In this document: positions 27,947 through 37,027 of the stretch, piece after piece | Layout: each line of letters begins with the position of its first letter | Position numbering within the stretch: the first letter of the stretch is position 1 | Origin: an uncultured delta proteobacterium | GTDB lineage: Bacteria; Myxococcota_A; Polyangia; Fen-1088 | Assembly: GCA_963796685.1 (NCBI GenBank) | Contig: CAWCMR010000005.1 | Coordinates: 224,001-288,000, forward strand | DNA length: 64,000 nt | Reading direction: 5' to 3' | The notes under the pieces: generated by a model | The model's database searches: none | What the model was told of the DNA's origin: nothing | What the model saw: the letters and a program-made list of their open reading frames with translations, nothing else | Made by a program: the position numbers and the translations under genes

Positions 27947-30900
27947 CTATTGGGTCAATTCTTCGGCGTCGGCAATCCCCAATTCCAGTGCCAGCTTGAC
28001 AATGCGGTAATGCTCTGGAATGCGAGTTAAGAAAGAGCGGCGCCAATCCTCATTGTCAATAGTATTGGCTCGTTTTCGAAGCCATTCCACAGCCTTCTGC
28101 AATTTCTCCTTTGCCGGCTGCAGTTCCGACGAGGACACAAGGCATTCCACTATGGCAAGTCTGATGGTTGCCTCGCCGTCCGGAACGTTTCCGAGAATAT
28201 GAAGCTGCGAATCGGCTTCGCGCGCTAGCGGATAGGCCTCCGTGGTCAAGCCTTGTCCGAGCAGCGCCCGAGCAAGCAGAGCAAGGGCAAAAGGCCGAAG
28301 AGACAGATCGGAATCGAGGATCTCCAGGGCCGTCCGTGCGTGCTGTGCGGCGCGCGAATAGTTGCCTGCCAAGTACTCAATTACGGACAAGTAGAGTTGT
28401 GCGTATCGTCGGAAGTACTGGTCATTTGTCTCAGTGGTCAATTTTACTGCGTTCTCTCCGAAAGCGCGCGCATCGTCCAGACAACCACGATATGCGAGTG
28501 CGTTCGAAAGAATGTAGAGCGTTCCCCCTATGAGGTGGACCAGCCCCATCCTTTCCGCAATGCCCCACAGTTTCCTTATCTGCACTTCCGCCTCTTCCAG
28601 TCGGCCAAGCTCCATTAGTGTACCGCCGCTATTTCCCAGAGCCTCTGTGCTTGCCCGATGATGGCCAGCTTGGTCGAAGCACTCCCATGCGCGTCGAAAT
28701 CGAGCAACCGATTCTGCCGGTTTGCCATCGGCCCTTGCTATGTGAGCCCTCAGGCTTTCGGCCCGACCGATGAGAATCGGATCCAGCTTTCCCTGTTCCG
28801 CTTCAAGCAATGAAAGAGTGCGTTCTCTTGCTGCATGTTGACCAACGCTTGCAAGATATGCTGCGAGGTTTACCCTGCAATCGAGCCAAGCGTTCAGCAA
28901 CTCAGGCTCCATCGGTCTAGTCTCGATATCTAACGCAAGTTGATCGAACTCCTCGTACTTCGCTTGCGGCCCCAATCCCATAATGAGCGCGCTCGTTGCG
29001 CGCAGTGCAAGCTTCGCATCCTCGCACTTCCTCCCCTCCCTCGCAGCGCGCTCCGCCTCCACGTATTCCCCTTTCCAATAGCGCGCCTCCGACTCCACGA
29101 TCCGCAGCTCCGCCAGATCGTCGCCCTGCGCCCCCAGGCGCACGCCGCGCTCCACGCGGTCGAGGGCCGCCTTCAGGTCGTCCACCTCCATGGCTTGGTT
29201 GGCGGCCACGCGCAGCCAGGGCACGGCGCGCTCGGGCTTCTGGCCTTTCTCGAAGTGGTCGGCCAGCACGATGGCGTCGCGCTCGCCCTGCTCTTCCAGG
29301 AAATCGCCGGCCAGGTAGTGCCCGTTCACTTCCTCTTTGGGCGACAGCATGGCATAGGCGGCCTGGTGCAAGAGGGCGTGGCGAAAGACGTGCTGGCGGG
29401 TCGCGCCGACCGGGCGCGAGAACAGGATTTCCTTGCTCACCAGGATCTCGAGCCAGCGATCGACATCCTCGTCGGCCAGGTCGTCGACCAGGGCCTTGAC
29501 CCCGGCGGCGCTGAAGCTTTGGCCGAAGACGCTCGCCGCGCGCAGCACCAGCTTCGACCCCTCGCCCACGGCATCGAAACGGACCTGCACGGTGCCGAGC
29601 ACGGTGTCCGGGATCTGCGACAGCTCGCCGCCCGCGGCCGCCGCGCGCACCAGTTCTTCGAGGTAGAAGGGGTTGCCCTGGGCGTGGTCGAGCAGCCAAT
29701 CCATCTTCTCGGGTGCCACGTCGCCCAGCACGCGCCGCACGAGCTCCTGCTCGGCCCGCTTGCCGAGAGGCGGCAGGGAGATGCGCTGCACGTGCCGATC
29801 GCGCCACAGACCGTAGAAGCGCTCGTCGACCTCGGACCGCGCCAGGGCCAGCACCATCAGGGGCTTGTCGCGCAACACGCGCAGGGCCGAATCGATGTAG
29901 TTCACGCTGGCGAAGTCGCCCCAGTGCAAATCCTCGAGCAGCAGGAACACGGGGTGGTGCCCGGCCTCGGCTTCCAGCCAGTCGACCCAGGCCGCCATGG
30001 TCTGGTCCGCCATCAGACGCGCGTCCCGCCGCGCGGCCTGCAACTGCGGCAGCTCGTCGTCGGGAAAGTGGATGTTGGTGATCTCGCCCAGGAAGGCCGC
30101 CGTGGTGGCGGCGCTCTTGGCCGGCAAGAAGCGGGAGGTGTGCGCTTGTAGGCGTTTGCGCTGAACCTCGTCGGGCTCGGTGCCGGTGATGCCCGCGGCG
30201 CCGCGCAGGGCCTGGCCCACCAGCCCCAGCGAGACGTTGATCCGCATGGGATCGCCGCGCCCGATGAGCAGCTCGAAGCCGTGGCCGCTGTCGCGCTTGC
30301 GTTCGAGGAACTCGTAGACCACGCGCGACTTGCCGCAGCCCGCGGAGCCGCTGAGCACCACGGCCTGGGCCTGGGGCTCTTCCACGCAAGCCTCGAACAG
30401 GCTGTCCAGCTCCCTGATTTCGCGGTCGCGCCCGATGCACGGGATCTCTTTTCCTAAGACGGTGCGCGGGGCCTCGCGCAGCCCCTTCTCGAACAGCAGG
30501 CGCGCCCGGCCATCCGGCTCGACCACGATCTCGAATCGGGCGTCGAGCAGGCGTTTCATCTCCTCGCTGATGTGAATCGAGCCGAGGTGCTGCTTGCTCA
30601 CCAGGTGCACGGCGCTGTCGACCAGATGCTCGGTGCGCAGCTCGTCTTCCTTGATGGCGTGGCCCAGGCTGATGCCCAGCGACGAATCCGGTCGCGCGAC
30701 CTTGACCTTGAGCGCGCAGCGCGCGGAGCGCACCGCCAGATCGAGCGGCGTGGACTGCGCCTCGCCGGTCATGCTGACCACCAACCCGCCGTTGGCCAGG
30801 CGGCGAATGTGCGCGCCGAAGGCGGCGATGTCGGCGGCCAGGCGATCCAGCCGTGCCTCGTCGAATTCGGCGTCCGAGAGACGGCGCGCGAGCAGGTTTC

Positions 30901-31918
30901 CGAGGTCCGCCGTCGAGCCCAGGTCGAGGTGAGGCTGCTGGGTCCCCATCGTGCGCGACGACACCACGATGACCGCAACCAGCCGACGCTCGCCCGTGGC
31001 CACCAGCAACGAGGCACCCGCGGGCGCGCGGCGCTCCTTGGGGGCCAGGGGAAAGAACCCCGTGGTCTTCAGCTCCACGGTGACGTTGCCGAGCTCGCCC
31101 AGGACGTCGAGCATGGTCGAGGGGCGATCGCCGGGCCGCTTGGCCAGCATGCGGCGAAGCAGGTCGGTCAGACGCGGCGGCACGCCCACGCACCTCGCCT
31201 CTACATCCACGGTCTCGTCGGCGGTGATTCTGGCCAGGGTCCCGGTGGTGCTATCGGCCATGAACGGCGGGGTGCCGGTCAGGCACTCGAAGAAGACGCA
31301 GCCGAGAGAGAACACGTCGGCGCGCGCGTCGACATCCAGCGATCCCTGGGCCTGCTCGGGCGACATGTACATGGGCGTCCCCAGGGCCGAGCCCGCCTGG
31401 GTCAGGCGCAGCGAGGCCGGGTCGAACAGGCGACGCGCGATGCCGAAATCGAGCAGCTTGATCTTGGAAACGTCCTTGGCGGGCAGGAAGATGTTGGCGG
31501 GCTTGATGTCGCGATGGATGACCCCGTGCTGGTGGGCCACGGCCAGGGCCTCCGCGACCCGGCGGATCATACGCACCGTGGCGCCCAGGTTGATGGAACC
31601 GCGGGCCAGCCGATCCTCGAGGGTCTCGCCGTCGAGCCACTCCATGACCAGGTAGTGCTCGCCGTGGTTGGTCTTGCCGTGCGCGATATAGCGCACGATG
31701 GCCGGATGGGCGATGGCCGCCAGGCAGTTCGCCTCTTGCTGAAACCGCTCGCCAAGCTGGGACCCGAACCCGGACGAGATCTTCACCGCCACGGTTTCGC
31801 CGCTGGACAGATCGACCCCACGGTAGACCATGCCCATGCCGCCGGCGACACGATCCCCTTGCAGGCGAAACCGACCGTCGATCTCTCGGGGTATGTCGTC
31901 CGATGGCAGCACGGTCAT
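27947..31918 (-). CDS. Ser/Thr kinase - degenerate cyclase-like - STAND ATPase - TPR protein (intact)
   Basis: GGMGMVY, VAVKI, HRDIKPAN, DFG, SPE; GSAGCGKSR Walker A; LLLEDLHWGD; GNPFYLEE; TPR-like C-terminus; paralog of 19095-22939. Confidence 0.92.
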   Translation of the reverse strand: MTVLPSDDIPREIDGRFRLQGDRVAGGMGMVYRGVDLSSGETVAVKISSGFGSQLGERFQQEANCLAAIAHPAIVRYIAHGKTNHGEHYLVMEWLDGETLEDRLARGSINLGATVRMIRRVAEALAVAHQHGVIHRDIKPANIFLPAKDVSKIKLLDFGIARRLFDPASLRLTQAGSALGTPMYMSPEQAQGSLDVDARADVFSLGCVFFECLTGTPPFMADSTTGTLARITADETVDVEARCVGVPPRLTDLLRRMLAKRPGDRPSTMLDVLGELGNVTVELKTTGFFPLAPKERRAPAGASLLVATGERRLVAVIVVSSRTMGTQQPHLDLGSTADLGNLLARRLSDAEFDEARLDRLAADIAAFGAHIRRLANGGLVVSMTGEAQSTPLDLAVRSARCALKVKVARPDSSLGISLGHAIKEDELRTEHLVDSAVHLVSKQHLGSIHISEEMKRLLDARFEIVVEPDGRARLLFEKGLREAPRTVLGKEIPCIGRDREIRELDSLFEACVEEPQAQAVVLSGSAGCGKSRVVYEFLERKRDSGHGFELLIGRGDPMRINVSLGLVGQALRGAAGITGTEPDEVQRKRLQAHTSRFLPAKSAATTAAFLGEITNIHFPDDELPQLQAARRDARLMADQTMAAWVDWLEAEAGHHPVFLLLEDLHWGDFASVNYIDSALRVLRDKPLMVLALARSEVDERFYGLWRDRHVQRISLPPLGKRAEQELVRRVLGDVAPEKMDWLLDHAQGNPFYLEELVRAAAAGGELSQIPDTVLGTVQVRFDAVGEGSKLVLRAASVFGQSFSAAGVKALVDDLADEDVDRWLEILVSKEILFSRPVGATRQHVFRHALLHQAAYAMLSPKEEVNGHYLAGDFLEEQGERDAIVLADHFEKGQKPERAVPWLRVAANQAMEVDDLKAALDRVERGVRLGAQGDDLAELRIVESEARYWKGEYVEAERAAREGRKCEDAKLALRATSALIMGLGPQAKYEEFDQLALDIETRPMEPELLNAWLDCRVNLAAYLASVGQHAARERTLSLLEAEQGKLDPILIGRAESLRAHIARADGKPAESVARFRRAWECFDQAGHHRASTEALGNSGGTLMELGRLEEAEVQIRKLWGIAERMGLVHLIGGTLYILSNALAYRGCLDDARAFGENAVKLTTETNDQYFRRYAQLYLSVIEYLAGNYSRAAQHARTALEILDSDLSLRPFALALLARALLGQGLTTEAYPLAREADSQLHILGNVPDGEATIRLAIVECLVSSSELQPAKEKLQKAVEWLRKRANTIDNEDWRRSFLTRIPEHYRIVKLALELGIADAEELTQ

Positions 31919-32143
31919 CTCGGGGTCAGTCTAGAAACGAGTCCATCCAGGGGAGTTTATCCCCGATGTCGCTTTCTGCGAACATCCTGGCTCGTCGCAG
32001 TGGCCCAAGGGGCCTCCAACGGCGCAGACGAAGTGTTTTCGTGCTCGCGTTCCGGCGTCGGAAATCGTGATTTTGCGCCCACGCGGCACGGCCTTTCTCT
32101 TCCGGCGGTTATTGCCGCGCGTTGTCCAAGCTCTTTGGCTTCG

Positions 32144-32183
32144 TTGACGAAGACCCGATTGTCATACAAAATGCCATTTGTAT
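32144..32183 (+). promoter_or_regulatory. TA-operon promoter with palindromic operator ATACAAA-N6-TTTGTAT
   Basis: TTGACG at 32144; palindrome 32164-32183 covers the -10 region upstream of the antitoxin. Confidence 0.65.
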
Positions 32184-32198
32184 TACGAAGGCACCCAG

Positions 32199-32432
32199 AT
32201 GGCGAAGATGGTTCACGCACGGCTCGACGAAGAAAGCGAGCGCACGCTCGTGCGCTTGCGCCGCGCCACTGGGCTTTCCGATTCCGAGCTTCTGCGCCGC
32301 GGGCTACGGGCCTTCGACCTCATGCAGGGCGGCCGCGGCGGCCGACGCATCGCCGGTCTGGGCGCCTTCGCGTCGGGCATGCCAGACCTCGGTTCGAACA
32401 AGCGACACCTTGCGGGGTTCGGCGCGCGTTGA
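32199..32432 (+). CDS. vapB: RHH/CopG-like antitoxin (VapB-type)
   Basis: MVHARLDEE...GLSDSELLRRGL, C-terminal G.FASG.PDLGSN; overlaps the PIN gene start. Confidence 0.75.
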   Translation: MAKMVHARLDEESERTLVRLRRATGLSDSELLRRGLRAFDLMQGGRGGRRIAGLGAFASGMPDLGSNKRHLAGFGAR

Positions 32433-32842
32433 CGCCAGTGCTCCTGGATACCGGCTGCATCGTGGCTTTGCTCGATCGCAGCGAGACCCATCACGAGGCC
32501 TGTGCCACGTCGGTGTCCGACGCCAGTTTTCCGCTGGTCACGTGCGAGCCAGTAATCGCCGAAGCATGCCATCTGCTGCGCAAGCTTCGAGGCGCCGCCG
32601 ACGCGGTTCTGGAAAACGTGGGACGTGGCGTATTCACCATCCCCTTTCGCATCGACCAGTCCACGCCTTCGCTGCGCACATTGATGATAAAGTATGCCCA
32701 GGTTCCCATGGATCTGGCGGATGCCTGTCTGGTCCACCTCGCCACGGAACTAGGCGCCGACCGCATCCTGACTCTCGACAGCGATTTTCGCATCTACCGC
32801 TGGGGCAAGAACCGGCCGTTCAAGTTGCTGATCGACGTCTGA
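32429..32842 (+). CDS. vapC: PIN-domain toxin (VapC-type)
   Basis: VLLDTGCIVALL, EPVIAEACHLL, MDLADACLV, ILTLDSDFRIYR acidic PIN residues. Confidence 0.9.
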   Translation: MTPVLLDTGCIVALLDRSETHHEACATSVSDASFPLVTCEPVIAEACHLLRKLRGAADAVLENVGRGVFTIPFRIDQSTPSLRTLMIKYAQVPMDLADACLVHLATELGADRILTLDSDFRIYRWGKNRPFKLLIDV

Positions 32843-32849
32843 ACCCGTG

Positions 32850-33107
32850 TTATCCGGGCGGGAGCAAGATCCGTTCCCGGATGGGCGCAGGGACCTTGGC
32901 CATGCGACAATTCTCGAGGTTGTCCGCGGGCTCCACACCAAGGAGCACGATTTCAATTTCCCAATCCCGGACTTCTGTGCGGAACGCTATTCGTCGACAC
33001 TCGTAGTCGACTACCCCAGGCAGTGCGAAAGATAACGCCAAGCTCCCGCTCATGGCAATCAATTTGCTCATCGCAGTCCGTCCTACAACGCTTTGACCAA
33101 GCATCAT
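32850..33107 (-). pseudogene. Probable remnant of a gene coupled to the L,D-transpeptidase fragment (possible immunity gene)
   Basis: ATGA overlap with the upstream fragment; hydrophobic N-terminus; no recognisable domain. Confidence 0.3.
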
Positions 33108-33262
33108 CGTGGCGGCCCTTTCTCATCGTAGCCCTTCACCTCGGTAACGACTCCAGCGGCCAGGTAACCCTTTTCCATCATGGCGTCTCGGTCCTTCGGG
33201 CGAATGTGGAGGCATCCGTGCGACTGGTCCAGAGAGAACTCATTCCCCTGGGCCTCGTCTAA
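33104..33262 (-). pseudogene. C-terminal fragment of an L,D-transpeptidase (YkuD-like) domain, not in the ORF track
   Basis: Frame reads LDEAQGNEFSLDQSHGCLHIRPKDRDAMMEKGYLAAGVVTEVKGYDEKGPPR*; SHGC motif; no ATG before the motif and an in-frame stop just upstream. Confidence 0.6.
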
Positions 33263-33303
33263 GGATTTCTTGGGCCATGCGTCATCTCGGCTTAACAGTT
33301 ACG

Positions 33304-34206
33304 TCAAGTCGCGCCAGAGTCACCCGCCGCGAACCTGCGCAGCCGTTCGCGTGTAATGCGCTGGTTTCCTAGCTCCCAACCGTCCGTCGTGTAGAAAGGG
33401 GCATCCGGATTTGCGCCACTGCACTTCCAATCATCGAGCGGCGCAAAGAATTGCACGAACGCCTCCTTGGTGGGCCAACTCGCCAACGTGCGTGAGTGCC
33501 CGCCATCCTCTACAAGAACCAGTTGGAACTGTCCCCCCGAGAACACAAGGCCATGACCACAGTATTCGCGGTGCCGGTAGTACAAGCCGCTTTGATTCCC
33601 ACCGAGCAACTCGTCCGCCACACGATTCATCAGGTCGATGCCGAAGGGCTCGGGATCGCAGTGAAGTCGCAAAAAGGCCTTGCCCTCTTCGTATCGGTTG
33701 GTGATGACGACGGCGTCGATCTGACCCCGGACTTCGTTCACGAAACGGCGCCAAAAGGAAAGCCTCTCGGGATCGTTCAAGTCGAAGTCCTCGAAAGGGT
33801 TCCACCCTTGCCCTTGGTTCGAGGGCACTGGACAAGTCCCTGTCAGGCCATCCTGGGCGACGAAGACGAGCGACAGCCTACGACCGTCTTGTTTGAGGAA
33901 TTCGATCGCCGCCACCATCACTTCGCGAAGCTCGTCCACCGTGGCGTTTGGCCCATATCGCCAAGCCATCGCTCCAGTCCTTTGATCGATGCCCGCAGGA
34001 AGGCCCCACTGGCCATGCCACGGGGCGTAGAGCAATAGGGGATCGAGCGGTTTACAGTCCAGAGTCATGGCTCTACCACGTATCCAGATCCTCAGGGCAC
34101 GGGGCTGCGTGGCCTCAAAGAGCCATTCGCAGCCCCGACCGCTCGGGAAAGGCCCGGCGAAATGCGGAGAGGGTTTGAACAAACGCCTGAGCAATTGAAG
34201 GATCAT
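33304..34206 (-). CDS. Hypothetical protein
   Basis: 300-aa ORF of normal composition; C-terminal HREYCGHGL...GNQRITRERL block looks conserved-domain-like. Confidence 0.65.
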   Translation of the reverse strand: MILQLLRRLFKPSPHFAGPFPSGRGCEWLFEATQPRALRIWIRGRAMTLDCKPLDPLLLYAPWHGQWGLPAGIDQRTGAMAWRYGPNATVDELREVMVAAIEFLKQDGRRLSLVFVAQDGLTGTCPVPSNQGQGWNPFEDFDLNDPERLSFWRRFVNEVRGQIDAVVITNRYEEGKAFLRLHCDPEPFGIDLMNRVADELLGGNQSGLYYRHREYCGHGLVFSGGQFQLVLVEDGGHSRTLASWPTKEAFVQFFAPLDDWKCSGANPDAPFYTTDGWELGNQRITRERLRRFAAGDSGAT

Positions 34207-34469
34207 GTGAAAACGCTACTGTTTCTCACACCTCGTGACTCACTCCCTTCCGTCGGACGGGCGTGGCTTGCTGAGCGACAATTACATCTCCCCAACGGGT
34301 GAATGTAGTTGACGTCCAGCAGTGGCTTGGATGGTGGGCTTTTCAGGACATCCTCGATGCGCTCGCGTTCGCTGGCGGTAAGCCGGTGGCTTGCGAGAAT
34401 CTTCTCAAGGTCCTTGCGAACCTCGGGACCACCAGTCCGAAGGCTGTCCGAGCCACATGAATCCTCAGG

Positions 34470-34583
34470 GAGAGTGATCGAAGCCCCGATAAACCGCCAT
34501 GCCGCCTTTGCCGATCTTCCGGTCAGGCGATACCTGCCACCCACCAGGCGACTGCCGGGATCTGTGGGGGCAGGTTCCATCAA
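34470..34583 (-). pseudogene. Ser/Thr kinase N-terminal remnant
   Basis: LVGGRYRLT followed in a shifted frame by RKIGKGGMAVYRGFD (decayed Gly-rich loop). Confidence 0.55.
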
Positions 34584-34664
34584 AAGACCCCGCGGCGGTG
34601 ATGGTAGCGACCGGCGGTCACGGTGACGACGGATAGAGGGGTCTTTCGCATAATTGCTTGTTCC

Positions 34665-35615
34665 TCACGGCTTTCGCTTTTTTCGAAAGATCGGCGGCTT
34701 GAGCTTCGCGCCTCCCGGGGGCACGACGGGCGGCCAGGGCGGGGGCTCGGTGGTAGCATCGAGATAGGCGGCTTCTTCGTCTGGGATCTTCCCGTCCTTG
34801 TAGCGGTCGTCTTCCCAGAAGAGCGTCCAGGTCGTGGGCTCGCTAGCGTATTCGTAGGTCGTGTACGGCTCCTGCGGATCGATCTCGCTTTCGACTTTGG
34901 AGTAGTCGAGTCGCTTTCCCGCACGTTTGCCCTCCCACGCGTCGTTGCCTTCCCAAAGGTAGTTCGGCGCCCCGCTCGGCAAGGCCGGCATCCAGATTCC
35001 GGAGACGGGCACGCGCTGGCCAGTCTTGATCGATATCCCTCTGGGTTTCGGCGCCGGGGCGATGCTCGCAATCGGCGGGAACAGGACGTCGCTGGCACGT
35101 GCTCTATCGTCGTTGGGACGCGCCGCATCGGGAAATGCCCACAATCCACGCAGGGTCTTGTCCACATACGCACACATGTTTGCGGCGACCACAGCCCAAG
35201 CGTAAATCCCTTCGGGCGGGTTCGGATAAAACTGCCAACCGATGTCCTGGTGCTCCAGCCCAAAGTCAACTTGGCGGCCAAGGATCCAGTCGCGAAAAAA
35301 ACAGCCATCATAGATTTCGGCGTAGCCACGGCTGTCGCGGTGCCGGAGCTTCTCGATGCCATCGGTGAAGGCGGCCTCGTAGCCATGGAAGCTCGCGAGG
35401 TTGCTTCGATGGGCGGCCACGCGATCCGTTGATGGGGTTCGCTGCGAGAATTCCTCGTATCCGGCTACGAAGTTCGCGAACAGGGCTACCATTCGCTGGA
35501 TATACGTCAGCGACGAAAAGCGCTTCGCCAGCCAGATGGCACGGACGAGATCGTCGGCGGTGACCGGAATCTCCTTGCCTGTGAGCTTCGTAACTTTGGG
35601 CGCATACTTCGACAT
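34665..35615 (-). CDS. Imm71/Imm72-like immunity protein
   Basis: WLAKRFSSLTY N-terminal block; KTGQRVPVSGIW.P...GAPNYL and W.DDRYKDG.IPDEE C-terminal block; coupled to the toxin stop. Confidence 0.75.
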   Translation of the reverse strand: MSKYAPKVTKLTGKEIPVTADDLVRAIWLAKRFSSLTYIQRMVALFANFVAGYEEFSQRTPSTDRVAAHRSNLASFHGYEAAFTDGIEKLRHRDSRGYAEIYDGCFFRDWILGRQVDFGLEHQDIGWQFYPNPPEGIYAWAVVAANMCAYVDKTLRGLWAFPDAARPNDDRARASDVLFPPIASIAPAPKPRGISIKTGQRVPVSGIWMPALPSGAPNYLWEGNDAWEGKRAGKRLDYSKVESEIDPQEPYTTYEYASEPTTWTLFWEDDRYKDGKIPDEEAAYLDATTEPPPWPPVVPPGGAKLKPPIFRKKRKP

Positions 35616-37027
35616 CAGTTCGCTCTCCGTTCCTTCTCGGCGCTATCCCGGTCCTCGGCACGCACCGCTCGTTGTGCTTCGGACGCGGCGGTAGGCCCCG
35701 TCTTGCTCTCGATTTCGTTTGGGCCAAGGCGGTCGACGGTGGCTTCCTTCTTCGGAACGTTGATTCCCGAAAGGCCCGTCCAATTCGTCGACTGAGGCAT
35801 TAGCTTCAAGACCTCCTCCCGCGCGGCAAAATTCGCCTCGTTGAACGTGAAGTCGATGAAAATCTGCGTATCGCCGCCGGGCAGGAACTGACCAAGACTC
35901 TCTTTGGCGTTCTTGATGTCGTTTTCCACCTGGGATGCAATCCTGCCCTCCCAGGCCCATATGCCGCCTTCGGGCACCACAAACTCGATGAATTGGCCGT
36001 TACTGCTCCACGACTCCAGGACTGCGCAGTCCTTCCGCCAAGAGGGACCGTCCTTAGAAAGCCTGTAGAGCCAGAAATTCCCGTCCTTGTACGATTTCGG
36101 CCCGAGCACACGATAGATGCGCGTCCCGGCGGGAATCTTCACAGCGCGTATCGGGCCACTGAAGCTTGCGATAGTATGTCCCTCTGCCCAAAGCCTTTGC
36201 CTCAGGTCCGGCCAGCCTTCGACGTGGCGATAGGCATCGTCGGCGTTCGGTGGGAACGGCGGATTCTCCAGCTTCCACACCGTTCGCGGCTTTCCCTCAA
36301 CGACATCCTCCACCAGCCGCGCCTCGACTTCTCTTGTCTTGCTGCTCAAGCTCGATGGAATCTCGTACCAATCGCCTTCGTGGACATGCTTTTGGATTTC
36401 TTTCAGGCGGCGATTCAACTCCTTGAGCGACTCGGGAATCATCTCCTCGCCCTTGTTCCCCAGCTCGCGAAAGCCACGCTGGATCTGGCGAAGACGAGCG
36501 ATCATGGCATCGTTGATCACGATGCGGGCGTGGTGCAGAACGCCCTCGACCACGTCGTCGATTCGCTGAACCAACTTGTGCCACTGGCCAAGAACTTCGC
36601 CTGTGTATTTCTCGAAGCTCAACTCCTTGAAGAACTTGACTGCGTTGCCATCGCCGATGCGTTTCAGGATCATCATGATGTCGCGCAGGATCTCGGCGTG
36701 CTTGCCGACTCCTTCGCTGGCACGAATGATCAGTTTGCCAACGCCCTTGATGGCACCACCAAAAACCGGAATCAAAGCGAACAAGAGCAGCGTGAGGGTC
36801 AACCACTCCAGCTTGTCCTTGCGCTTCTCGGGGTGTTCGACGAGTCGAAGGATGACGGCGATCAGGTCGCGCACGGCCGTGACATCGCCCACGAGCGGAA
36901 TCATTCCGATGAGGGCATCCACGATGATCTGACTGATGGTCTGCTGCTCGTTGAAGCCGCCTTCGATGGTACCCCACAGCCAGCCACCCACCTCGGCGAT
37001 GACAGACTTCTTCTGGGCCTCGTTCAC
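35615..37027 (-). CDS. Polymorphic toxin with pre-toxin-TG-like hydrophobic N-terminus and enzymatic C-terminal domain
   Basis: IIVDALIGMIPLVGDVTAVRDL; C-terminal IYRVLG...FW...WRKDCAVLESW...VPEGG..WEG.IASQ...LPGGDTQI; immunity gene downstream. Confidence 0.75.
   Translation of the reverse strand: MNEAQKKSVIAEVGGWLWGTIEGGFNEQQTISQIIVDALIGMIPLVGDVTAVRDLIAVILRLVEHPEKRKDKLEWLTLTLLLFALIPVFGGAIKGVGKLIIRASEGVGKHAEILRDIMMILKRIGDGNAVKFFKELSFEKYTGEVLGQWHKLVQRIDDVVEGVLHHARIVINDAMIARLRQIQRGFRELGNKGEEMIPESLKELNRRLKEIQKHVHEGDWYEIPSSLSSKTREVEARLVEDVVEGKPRTVWKLENPPFPPNADDAYRHVEGWPDLRQRLWAEGHTIASFSGPIRAVKIPAGTRIYRVLGPKSYKDGNFWLYRLSKDGPSWRKDCAVLESWSSNGQFIEFVVPEGGIWAWEGRIASQVENDIKNAKESLGQFLPGGDTQIFIDFTFNEANFAAREEVLKLMPQSTNWTGLSGINVPKKEATVDRLGPNEIESKTGPTAASEAQRAVRAEDRDSAEKERRAN

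Noticed and set aside
31966-32070. 34-aa basic ORF (MSLSANILARR...) after GGGGAG as a second peptide gene
   Set aside because: No leader motif or terminator, and composition resembles random GC-rich sequence.
30572-32428. 756-aa ORF apparently fusing a long N-terminus to the PIN domain
   Set aside because: The upstream part is antisense to the kinase; the real VapC begins at about 32429 overlapping the antitoxin stop.
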